A stretch of DNA of 63,246 nt, counting the filler, from Cercozoa sp. M6MM (lineage: Eukaryota > Protista > Endomyxa: Ascetosporea), in assembly GCA_040357565.1 (NCBI GenBank). It is 10 parts of 10 records of this genome, joined end to end, with 100 filler letters (N's around TTAATTAATTAA, not from the genome) between each part and the next. Parts side by side here need not be neighbours in the genome. Positions count along the whole stretch, not along the records: positions 46,643 to 56,609 come from JBDODJ010000461.1; positions 56,710 to 61,850 come from JBDODJ010000968.1; positions 61,951 to 63,246 come from JBDODJ010002070.1; 7 more parts are not named here. One strand, given 5' to 3'. Made by a program: the position numbers and the translations under genes. The number at the start of each line of letters is the position of its first letter. Position 1 is the stretch's first letter. Positions 53,276-63,246 of this stretch are shown here, in pieces. The notes beneath the pieces were generated by a model. That model had not been told where the DNA came from and did no database searches. It saw nothing but the letters and a program-made list of their open reading frames with translations.

Positions 53276-54448
53276 CTAGTCAGAGACGTCAGAGCCGTCG
53301 TCAGGCGAGTCGTCGGAGCTGAGCCAGTCGGAGTCGGAGTCGGAGCCGAGTCGCAGATCGTCGGCGGCCACACGCTTCATTCGGAACTGCCGACTGATCA
53401 ACTCGCGCGGGTCTCTCTCTGTCCACACACGCCATCCATACAGAGGAATACCGTCTCCCTTAACTGGACTCACCGAATGGACGCGGCCACATCTGCAACG
53501 GCGGCAGAGAGAAATCGTATCTACAGAGAGGCAAGAGTATAGAAGAACCAAGGATGGGTAAGAAAGTAAAGATACTCCAGAACGTCAGCAGTCATACGAA
53601 GACCACCGAAGCGTTGGACGCCCTTGAGGTTGCCGACGACGGTGCCATCGTGGTACACCACCAGTGTTGGACACAACTCGCGCGGGTAGTCGTCGATCGC
53701 TTGCTACAGAGTGATAAAAAGCTACAATGTGATCAAAAAGCTAATGTGATCAAAAGCTAAAGGATGTACTGAAGCACCTGAGCTACAATTCGAACGAATT
53801 TGAACGCCGGCCGGCGCCTTGCAAGTTCGCCAAGACACTGTAGAAAAAACTAATTTTTGTTTTTCGTCAGCATCCGCGCGGAAGCTACCTGGGTCATGAG
53901 ATCACTCTCACGTTGCTGCGGTTGGTACAGCAGACACACGACCCATTCACCATCAGCACTGGCGTCTTTAACTTCTGTTTCGTACTGCTCAACGGTCACA
54001 TCGAGTCAGTCAGACAAATACAGAAAACTCAAAAACTCAACTCACTTCATCGCGCAGAATTTCGGTGAGTTTGCCGTATTTGTTTCGTTTGGCCGCTTCT
54101 TTCATTTCCTGTCAACGAGAAACCAGCGTCACACCACAAATTTGTTTGCCGGTCTGAGAGCTACCTGGAGTCGCTTGCGACGCAGTCTTTCGAGTGTGTT
54201 CTCCTCGAGATCATCCTCCAACTCATTGAGTGTCTTGAGTGACATCTGCTCCATGTGTTCCCGCGCAGCTTCCGCCAGTTCCTCACGAGCCTCATTTTCG
54301 AGCTCATCCTGCGTCGGGAGTACCTCAGGCGCCTCCATGATGCCGTGCTTGATTAGCACATCCTGAGAGGCAAAGAGAATCCAAATCGATCAAAACATGA
54401 GGACATTCCAAAAAATTAATTCACCTCCCACTCGGTCTTTCCGGCCAT
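53276..54448 (-). CDS. Phosducin-like protein (PhLP2/Plp2 type)
   Basis: TEWEDVLIKHGI, LNELEDD..LERLRRKRL, YETEVKDAS, KFVRIVA..YPRELCPTLVVYHDG, acidic tail. Confidence 0.88.
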
Positions 54449-54679
54449 TGAGCCGTCTCAGCTACACTAATAAGCCAAAAGCCACGCCTGCGCACGCGGA
54501 CACGTGAAAGTGCACACAAAACAATGTTGTGGATCTCGACTCAAGGTGTGATTCGGACTGTGAGAAATTTACACTCTGCCTAGTACCCAGGACCTCAGCG
54601 TATCCCAGTGTGTCGACCAGTAGTCTAAAGGTGCACACACACGTGTGCACACAGTGTATAGTCCTGGGAGTAAAGAAAA

Positions 54680-55467
54680 ATGACGAGCAGTGCATCAACT
54701 GCGCCGATCGTGCAGCTGCCGGGCAATCGCAGGTGCGCCGACTGCGGTGCGCAGGAGCCGCAGTGGGCCTCGCTGACGCAGTGCATCGTCGTGTGTATTC
54801 GCTGCAGTGGCATCCGTAAGATAGAGCAGTAACTGAGTGGGGCGGGGCGAGGGTAGTATGGTCGTTTTGACTGGGCAGACCGGCGACTCGGTGTGCACGT
54901 GTCCAAAGTGCGCTCGCTGCGCATGGACTCGTGGCGGCCCGAGTGGGTACAGGCGTTTCTCGAGGCCGGGGGAAACGCGCGAGTCAACGCGCGCTACGAG
55001 GCTACGATGCCGGCGTCGCGCAAGCCGCGCGGATTCAAGGACGAGGCTTCCATGCGTCTCTTCCTGCGCGACAAATACGAGCGCAAATTGTGGTTGCCCG
55101 CGGACGACGACGACGCTGCTGCGTAGTTCTGCCCCCTCCCCACCATGCCCGCTTACCTCGGACCTCCCCCAGACCCGAGCCGAGGAAACGAAGTGAGCCG
55201 AAACGAAGTGAGCCGAGCCAGGCACTCAAGATCGCGTGTGAGCCGGCAGCACGAGTGGCTACACCTGTAGCCAGCTCGTCGTCCTCCAAGTCCAGCACGC
55301 CGACACACAAGGTCGATTTGGACGCCTTTTTTGGCACGCCGTCCAGTACGCCCGGACCGTCAGTCTCGTCCGCGCGGACCGATAAAAACAATAGCACTGA
55401 CACTGGCACTAAAAACAACAAAAAGTCGCTCACTGCGCAGCAACTTGCCAATTTGTTCCACAGCTGA
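54680..55467 (+). CDS. ArfGAP domain protein
   Basis: PGNRRCADCGAQEPQWAS...[48 protein letters not shown]. Confidence 0.93.
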
Positions 55468-55469
55468 TC

Positions 55470-56031
55470 ACCGGCCTCTGCTGTTGCACAAGAGCTTTTC
55501 GATTAAGTCGCTACCGCACGACGAACACGGTGCTCCCAGTCGCCAGTTAGATAAATTAGTGGTACCCTCGGTTGACCAGAAAAACAACACTAGCACACTC
55601 ACTTACGGACGAGAAGTGGCAGGCAGGACCAGACTGCTGCTGTGTTCATTTCAGTGTTGCCAGATCGCCAGTAGTGGCAGCTCACAGGTGTTTCTGTACC
55701 ACTGTACCGAGGCACATCCCAGATACGACCGTCTCGATCGCTACTTGGAGGACGTGATTCGCGGTGCGTCATGGTGACAGTTGCGGCCCGGGCGTCTCGT
55801 GGGTCCTCAGGTCGCTCAGGCCTCCGATCTCCAGGACATTCCTGCTGCCATGGGTATGATTACCGACGAGATGCACCGTCGTGTTGCTGCCTACATCGAC
55901 CGTCGACGCTCTCGAAGTGCCCCAAGCGAAGCTTATGTCGTGTTTACATCAGATACTGTTTCATATTCGCGGCAAAACTAACCCCTAGGACACTACTGAC
56001 ATAGTTGGTTTTCTAGTAGACTGAACTAACT
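55470..56031 (+). mobile_element. Decayed non-LTR retroelement 3' fragment ending in the AACT tail
   Basis: One reading frame open for ~500 nt except a single TGA (55775-55777), with knuckle-like CSFQCC...QVFLYHC, followed by ATAGTTGGTTTTCTAGTAGACTGAACTAACT. Confidence 0.5.
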
Positions 56032-56047
56032 ATGGCAGGATCACCAC

Positions 56048-56609
56048 TCAGTCTCGTGGTAGTCCTTGAGGAAGATGCCATGCGGGAAGCGTTGCTCGTT
56101 GACGCCGATCCAGATGGCTACACAAAGGGGGAGGGGTGGTTAAGGGGGTGAGGGGCTGGGGGAGGGTAAAGTTACGCTCCAGGATGCGCGCGGCGGCGTC
56201 GGTCTCGTCGATCGGCGTCTGCCAGCCGCGCTTGGCGTTGTGCTGCTGGATGCCGTACGGGTTCTCATCGTTGATCCAGCCCGTGTCCACGGCCGTCATG
56301 TAGATCTTGCTGGAGGGGGAGGGGGTAAGATGGGGGGTAAGACGGGGGGTAAAACTACCTCTTGGCATAGTCCTGCGCACTGGTACGAGTCATCATATTG
56401 AGCGCCGCCTTGGCCATGTTGGTGTGCGGATGCGTCGGCAGCTTGTGACGGTAGAACTTGCCCTCCATGGCACTCACGTTCACTGTAGGGGGGGGGGCAA
56501 ACAGGGGGGTAAACAGTAGGGTAAACGGGGGAGGGTAAACAGTAGGGTAAACGGGGGGGGGGGGGACTACCAATATACGACGGCGGATCTGTGCCGCCTG
56601 CCCCTGCCA
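56048..56609 (-). CDS. Atypical short-chain dehydrogenase/reductase, C-terminal part
   Basis: [64 protein letters not shown]. Confidence 0.85.
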
Positions 56610-56739
56610 NNNNNNNNNNNNNNNNNNNNNNNNNNNNNNNNNNNNNNNNNNNNTTAATTAATTAANNNNNNNNNNNNNNNNNNNNNNNNNNNNNNNNNNN
56701 NNNNNNNNNGGGGGGGGGGTATAGGGCAAGGGGTATAAC

Positions 56740-57575
56740 TGCACACGCAACAACCCACCAGCACACGGCACAGCAACATCGATCGTCATGCCTGCAAGCA
56801 CGAGGAGGGGGTAGGGGTAAGGGAGGTAAAAAGGCTGGGAGGGAGGGGTACGCCAGATGCGACTGGTGGCCAGGTCGCGGTCGGTGATGTAGGCCAGCAC
56901 ACCCGAGGCCATGTGGCCCACGTAGAGCTGCAGCTGCACCGGTCGTCGCAGGATACACAGGCGCGACAGCAGGATGGCCAGGAAGAGTGCCAGGCCGCGC
57001 CAGGTGTCGCCCCAGTTCACGTCGTACGCGTCGTCCACTTGCTTGCCGACACTGTACCAGCACACAAACATGCGCACTGCCCCTGCCTGCCCATAGAACA
57101 CAGGAGTACTGCTGGATGCCTGCAGCTGTTGCCACTGCCAGTGCCGTCGAGTAGAACGAGTCGAACGAGTTCGCAATGCACTCCGATAGTGTGGCATTCA
57201 CTGTCAAACACACTCACACACATTCACACACTCGTTTAGACTGGCTGCACTACTCGAGCAGAAACCGTACACACGATTGTGGCGATAACTGGACACAGCA
57301 CCGGCTCGAAAAACCAACCTGCGACAGTTTAGAGCACAGACACGTCAATCCTGTCTCTAATGCACACAAGCCAGCCAGAGCCGTGCTGTACTACCTTTGG
57401 TATCCTCGTGAACTGCCAGAGCAGCTGTGATGGCTACACCGATCGCAGCTCGCACCGACCAGTCGAACGTCATGACGGTCGAGCGCGACCACTTCTCGAC
57501 GGCACGCTCGCGCCAGGTGCGCGGCATGCAGGTCAGCAGCAGACCAAAAAAACCTGCCAAGCGAAGCGAGTGCAT
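56740..57575 (-). CDS. Hypothetical membrane protein, 3'-truncated
   Basis: GC-rich exons such as WGDTWRGLALFLAILLSRLCIL. Confidence 0.4.
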
Positions 57576-58300
57576 TCGATCACAGTTTTTCTCACAAAAT
57601 CAATGAAAGCAGAATTAAATAAAACAAACTAGAAAAGAAAACAAAAACACGACGAATTGGAAGAGAAGCGACAAACAAAAACTTCGCTTTGGAAAACTGC
57701 ATACCTACCCAACACGTGGCCAAAGTTCATTTAGTCACGCGTCTGAGTTGCAACGGGAAAGCGTCCTTCCCGCTTGCCAAGAAAGCAAACAAGCAAGTCG
57801 AGACGAGAGATTAAAGTACCGCCTATCGAGATGTATGGGCTGACACTCTGCATCTCGTGCATTTCGGACGCTGTTTCGACGACTGAGTTCTGCGCCGACA
57901 TGATTGCCGTCAACTGGGGCGAACCCACATCAGCGCGAACTGATTCTACATCTGAGAGAGCACACACACACAAGAAAGAAAATCAACCAGCGGACAAACC
58001 AAAAAATGCATGACGCAACTAGACTCACCAGAGCTTCTGTAGACCATATCTTGCCTACAGATATAAGTCAAATTTTCCTGCAGGCACGGGACGTCTTTTA
58101 ACTCAAAGTTACTGCGCGAAAACCGGAAAACAATCGCGCTTTCATCTTTTGCTTTGCAAACCGGCAGTTTTTCGCTTGATTGGACTGCTTTTGTACAGAT
58201 CCTGTTCTGTGCATTATGACTGCCTATTAGAGCCAGGAGCAGGAGGACAAAGTTTGACTGTCGAAACAGCTCTAAGAAAAGTGGAGTTTGCCGCGGTTAG

Positions 58301-60217
58301 ATGAGTGCCGACCATGCGGTGGCCTCGGTACCGTCTGCTTGCCCCCACGCACATGTTCTTTTCGGACTGTGTGTCTTTGTGTGGACAGGTGCGAACACTG
58401 TTGGCGTCGACGCTGCTAGTCCGAGTGGTGACGAGCGTCATCAGTCTTCTGTCCACGCGGGTACCACCACCCGGCATCTGGTAGGGGAAGTGACAACTCA
58501 AGTTTCGCGTAGGTGGTCTCGGTGGGAGCCTTCGGCACCGTCAACGTAGACCTCTTCTTGGTACAGCACTGTTGTGTGTATCCGTTTACGTATATAGATG
58601 TACATAGATATATTATTTATCTATATGTATCTATTTGTGTTTCTCTATTATATAATTTACGAATACACACACATATATATATACAGTTATATTATACATA
58701 TGCATGTAGCTAAAGACAGGCGTGCTGCAGCTGGTGACGCAGCCACTACAACGCACGGCACTGGCGCACGTGTCGAGTGAGACACCGAGTGAGTCACGCA
58801 TGGTGTCACCGACGGAGCCACGGAAGGAGTCACGGAAGGAGTCACGGAAGGAGTCACGGAAGGTGTGGCAGGAGAAACGCTTGCATCAAGTGGTGTCACT
58901 GGCGTGGCTACAGGTGCCGGTGGGTCTGCTGCTGACGGTACTGCTGGCCCAGTGTCTGCCCAGCGTCGACACTGCCGTCGTCAGCGCCGTCGTGGCGTGT
59001 CACCTGGCGGCCGAGCCCTTCCTCCTGCATGCACTGGTGCCGTTCCCTTATCCCCTTAATTAACCCCCTCCCACTCCCTTAACTAAAACACTGCAGTGCA
59101 AGCGCAAGCAGTACGCACTGCGCGGCACCGTGGAAAGCGCCTCGACCGCCGTGCAGTCCGTGTCGACCTTTGTCCTGCTGCTGACTGGTCCATCCGGTCC
59201 AACTGGACTGACTGGACTGACTAGACTGACTGACCTGTCGGCACTCTTGCTCGGCGAACTCTCAGCCGCGCTGACGGTGTTGTTTCTGGCTGCACTCAAC
59301 AACGGCTTTCGTCTTCCCTGGTCTTGGGGTACACTGGCCTCTCCTGTCCTATCTTCCTATCTACCCATCTACCTGCCTACCTACCTACCTATCTACCTAT
59401 CCGCCTACCTACCTACCTACCTACTTGCCTGCTTAACCATCAACCCTGCCTACCCTCCGACCTACTTACCGTCCAACTGTGTGTATGTGTGTGTGTATTG
59501 GGCAGAGAGAACACCGCGTGAACTGTGGCACCGTGTGCTCGTGCAGGTAGCCTTTTACCCCCTCCCCTTTCCTGCTACTTGCTACTGTACCCCTTCCCGG
59601 TAGGTGGCAGCATCGGCACAAGACATTGCAGTGGCACAGGGCGAAAAGTTCGCTCTCGTGGCTGTCGGCGTTTCCGACACTGCCAAGGTATTATATCTAT
59701 ATATATACATATGTATATCTGTCTATATGTATATATCTGTCTATATGCGTGCATATTATCTGTTTCTGTAGACATATGTTCGTACAGTTGACATATATAC
59801 GTGAATATATCTATTATGATCGTGTATATATATCCGTTATATAGATATAGAATACATGGTATATAACCATAATATACATATGGGTATCTGTGGAAGGGCG
59901 TGTTCGCGGTTGCGTCGCGACTGGGCGCTATAGCGACGCGACTGGTGTTCCGTCCGCTCGAGCAGGTGGCTCACTCGGTCTTTGCCCTGCTGCAGGTACC
60001 CTTGATATGCCTTTCCTGGGCGCCATGTTTACCTTGTGCCCTGTTACCCTAGGACAAACCGGCAGAGTCGCAGCAGAAACTGCAGCAGCTGCTGAAGGCG
60101 GAGCTCCTCGTGTCACTGGCGGCCGCAGTGTTCGTGCCGCCCAATGCGAGTCTCCTGATGCGCTACCTCGTTAAGGGTGTGTTCATCTATATGTATACAT
60201 GTGTGTCTATATATCTA

Positions 60218-60266
<49 letters not shown>

Positions 60267-60869
60267 GTGTTTGTGTAAAGAACAACAAGCAGAGTCAGCA
60301 GCGGCCGTGTCAGTGTTTTGTGCCGTACTGCTGCCGCTGCTGGCCGTTAACGGACTGCTAGATGCCTGGTGTCATGGCTCCTTAGCCCCTAACCAACTGC
60401 TACGCCACAATGCGCGTCTGTCCATGGTGTGTACCCATACCCTTGCGTCCACCCACCCCTTCACCTCCTCCCTCTGTAGGTTTCTCTGGTGTACTTTGTG
60501 CTGTGCTGCGTGGCGGCGGCGCGCGGAGCTGTGGCTCTGGTACTGTGCAATGCCGTGGCCATGGCACTGCGCATTGCTGCCGTCGTGCACTGGCAGATGC
60601 CGCGCGGTTTCCTGTCGCGTGTCGTGCGCACTCTGCGCTGGCCGACCTGGCTACTGGCTTCAGCGCTGGCACTCACGCTCAATCGTCTTCCTCTCTCTGT
60701 CGGTGTCGACACCCAGAGATCCCGCGACTCCTTCAAAAACGATCTCATGCAAGTTGGCGTCATGGCTCTTGTCGGTGTGGCCACTTTGCTCGCTGTGCTA
60801 CGGCTCGAAGGCTTGTCTCTCAGACACTTGCTGCCGCTGGGACCCAGACGTAGAGGGAAAACTGCATAA
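58301..60869 (+). CDS. RFT1: RFT1 oligosaccharide translocation protein
   Basis: LLVRVVTSVISLLSTR..V.VDLFLL, AEPF, QGEKF, GVFAVASRLGAIATRLVFRPLEQ, LPLLAVNGLLDAW, GAVALVLCNAVAMALRI. Confidence 0.8.
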
Positions 60870-61064
60870 ACTTCCGTTCGCGTACTGCTCGACTGCGACT
60901 GCGACTGCGGTGCTGCCGCGACCGTCGCTCCTCCTGCTCACGTGCTGTACGCGGACTCTCCAAGTACTGTCGTCTGGTATGGTCTCGGAAAAGTAAACTA
61001 ATTTCAACCCTGACCTTCCGAGAGCTGACCTAGCTTGCGTTGATTGAGACTTGTCAAATAGTTG

Positions 61065-61091
61065 TCAACGTTCTTAGAAGACTGAACTAAC
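61065..61091 (+). mobile_element. 27-bp AACT-tail micro-insertion with perfect 13-bp TSD
   Basis: TGTCAAATAGTTG at 61052-61064 and 61092-61104 flanking TCAACGTTCTTAGAAGACTGAACTAAC. Confidence 0.8.
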
Positions 61092-61098
61092 TGTCAAA

Positions 61099-61195
61099 TA
61101 GTTGAGTTCCGTTCAGGCTAGCCACTTGCTTAGAAACCAACCGCGTCTGTTATAGTTTCCCTCGCTTGCGGCCAGTCCCGCGGTGGGTCACAAGC
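61099..61195 (-). mobile_element. Diverged AACT-tail retroposon copy
   Basis: Reverse complement reads CTTGTGACCCACC..GACTGG..GGGAAACTA..GGTTGGTTTCTA..ACTCAACTA, colinear with the 40244 and 42110 copies. Confidence 0.7.
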
Positions 61196-61433
61196 GCTCC
61201 CACCACCCACAAAATAAGCACGCACAAACGAACTCGAGACTCACTGAAACAGACTGAATCTAATGCAACCCGGCAGCGCGCGGTGAGCTAGCAGTGGTAT
61301 CGTTTCAATCGATTGATTCGGCGCGAACTGAATCGAATGAATCGAATCGCTTGACCAGATTTAACGACGGAACTTATCGTACGTACTGTATCCGTAACGA
61401 CCCCAGCTGGGACTGATGCGAGGGAAGAGCGGC

Positions 61434-61850
61434 TTAGTAGAAGGGCATGAAGACCGGCGACATGGAGGCGGCAACACGCGGCTCCGAGTGCAGTGCAATC
61501 ATCTGCAGCACACCCACCATGCCACATGTGTATATAGAAAAGCATACACACTACATATGTAGATAGAGCGATGCAGTGTACCTGCTCGGCACGCAGTGTG
61601 CTGGGCGGTCCGAGCGGCCAGTTGCGTGGATCCGCGTTCTGGTCGCGCTCCTCCTTCCGATCGGTCGGACTCAGCAGGTGGATGTACACCTGCACACACT
61701 CAAGCGTACCCATAGGAGGGAGGCAGGGAAACTGAGCGGATTGCAGGACACACCTGCGACATGTGCGACGCGTTCTCGCGAACGTTGGCGGTGTAGCGTT
61801 TCTCCAACTCGAGTCGCGACGCCGTCTGTCCAGGGTGGAACATCGGGCTG
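61434..61850 (-). CDS. Hypothetical protein, 3' end only
   Basis: Three GT-AG-joined exons ending MIALHSEPRVAASMSPVFMPFY-stop. Confidence 0.5.
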
Positions 61851-62034
61851 NNNNNNNNNNNNNNNNNNNNNNNNNNNNNNNNNNNNNNNNNNNNTTAATT
61901 AATTAANNNNNNNNNNNNNNNNNNNNNNNNNNNNNNNNNNNNNNNNNNNNTATATATATATATAAATATCTGTATAGATATAAATAAATATGTATCTCTA
62001 TATCTGTATATATATCTGTAAATATACGGAAGCT

Positions 62035-63133
62035 ACCTTGAGCGACAGACACTCGGCCGTGGCCTGCGGCGACGTGTGCACGATCTCCTCGCTCAGACGC
62101 ATCATTAGCACCTCCCTAGGGAGGGAGATAGGGAGGTAGGTAGGGAGGTATGTAGGTAGGTAGGTAGGTAGGTAGGTCGGTAGGTAGGTAGGTAGGTAGG
62201 TAGGATGTAGGCAGGGTAGGATAGGCAGCGTACTCGACGGTGGACTGCACATGCGTGTGCAGCAGCGCGCCCAGTTCGCAGCCGGCCACGCGCGGGTCCA
62301 GCGGAAACTTGCGCAGCAGCACCAGGTACAGTCCGCGCGGAAGCTCGGCGCGCAGCTCCAGCGAGTCGGTCTGCCCAGTCAGACAGTCATTGACCAATCA
62401 GAGTGATCATCACATGGCAGGGGGGTAAAGGCAGAAGTAGCTACCGCAGGCAGCTGCACGAGTGCGTTGCGCGAGAGTTCCCACGCCTTGCGATTGCTAC
62501 GCAGCAGGTCCGCCAGTTCCGACGGCCGCTGTGGCGCCTCTGTGGGGTGGGTAGAAGAGGGTAGGGTAGGGTAGGGTAGGGTAGGGTAGGGTAGGGTAGG
62601 GTAGNNNNNNNNNNGGGTAGGGTAGGGTAGGGTAGGGTAGGGTAGGGTAGGGTAGGGTAGGGTAGGGTAGGGTAGGGTAGGGTGGGTAGGGTAGGGGTAT
62701 ACCGCCACCGACAGCCTCAGCGATTAGGCGTCGCACGGAGTCGGCACGTGCCTTGACGATATTGCGCACGCGACTGCGCGGCAGTGCAAAGGCGCGCACG
62801 AAGGCGCAGAGTTCGTCGTGCAGACGCGTGTGCAGTTCGACCTCCTCGCGTGGCACAGCCAGCAGGTAGGGACCCAACACGGCCATGGCGACGCGCGCGT
62901 TCAGCGCATTGTCCGTGTGTACCACTCTGGCCAGAGGGGGAGGTTAAGGAAATAAGGTGCGTGAAACTGGGGGGGATAAGGTACCTCGCCGTGGCCAGCA
63001 GGATGCTGTGCACCAGGCCGCGCAGCAGCGGGTCCTCCGAGTCCGAAAACTCGCGCATGCGCGCCACGTCGAGTCGCAGCAGCAGCTGCAGCACGTTGTG
63101 TCGCAGCATCTGCGTGGCCTGCGTTGACACACC
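62035..63133 (-). CDS. Hypothetical helical-repeat-like protein, internal fragment
   Basis: GC-rich Leu/Ala/Arg-rich exons separated by (CTAC)n and (CTACC)n introns. Confidence 0.55.
62560..62698 (+). repeat. Intronic (TAGGG)n array, G-quadruplex-capable
   Basis: Near-perfect 5-bp period repeat with a 10-N assembly gap. Confidence 0.9.
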
Positions 63134-63195
63134 GATACATATGGAGACACTTATGGCACAGGTGAAGACACAGATAGACAGATAGACAGAGATAC

Positions 63196-63246
<51 letters not shown>

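Noticed and set aside
55775-55777. In-frame TGA as selenocysteine or a genetic-code change
   Set aside because: No redox motif or recognisable SECIS; conserved genes here use TGA, TAA and TAG as normal stops, so decay is the simpler explanation
62560-62698. (TAGGG)n as a chromosome end
   Set aside because: It lies inside an intron with exons on both sides

Overview
Gene-dense, intron-rich eukaryotic (protist-like) draft genome sequence in the standard genetic code. The window is not contiguous: it is 10 contigs joined by 100-nt artificial spacers (N44-TTAATTAATTAA-N44), and most contigs break at microsatellites, so neighbourhoods across spacers mean nothing. Hand-splicing of the short GT-AG introns (mostly about 50-65 nt) recovers these genes: mitochondrial EF-G, a SHIP-like inositol 5-phosphatase with N-terminal SH3 and F-BAR-like regions, a CDF zinc transporter, bystin, UBA1, an XRN-family protein, an M6PR/ATG27-like receptor, Pch2/TRIP13, a Ctr copper transporter, a single-domain NAD synthetase, BCKDH E1-alpha, an H2A.X-like histone, CEPT, a phosducin-like protein, an ArfGAP, an SDR, RFT1 and several unknown genes. 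The most striking unannotated signal is a family of very short retro-insertions with a shared stem-loop and AGACT(C/G)AACTAACT tail. Three copies (27-161 bp) have clear 12-15 bp target-site duplications, and all copies sit just downstream of stop codons. Also present: a 111-bp MITE with a 6-bp TSD, a dispersed repeat with a separable 99-bp module, a probable decayed Harbinger-type transposase, a roughly 250-nt highly structured non-coding segment, a GTAC-biased donor consensus with GC-AG introns, and strand-biased (TACCCC)-type intron repeats. All protein assignments come from motif recognition by eye; no searches were run.
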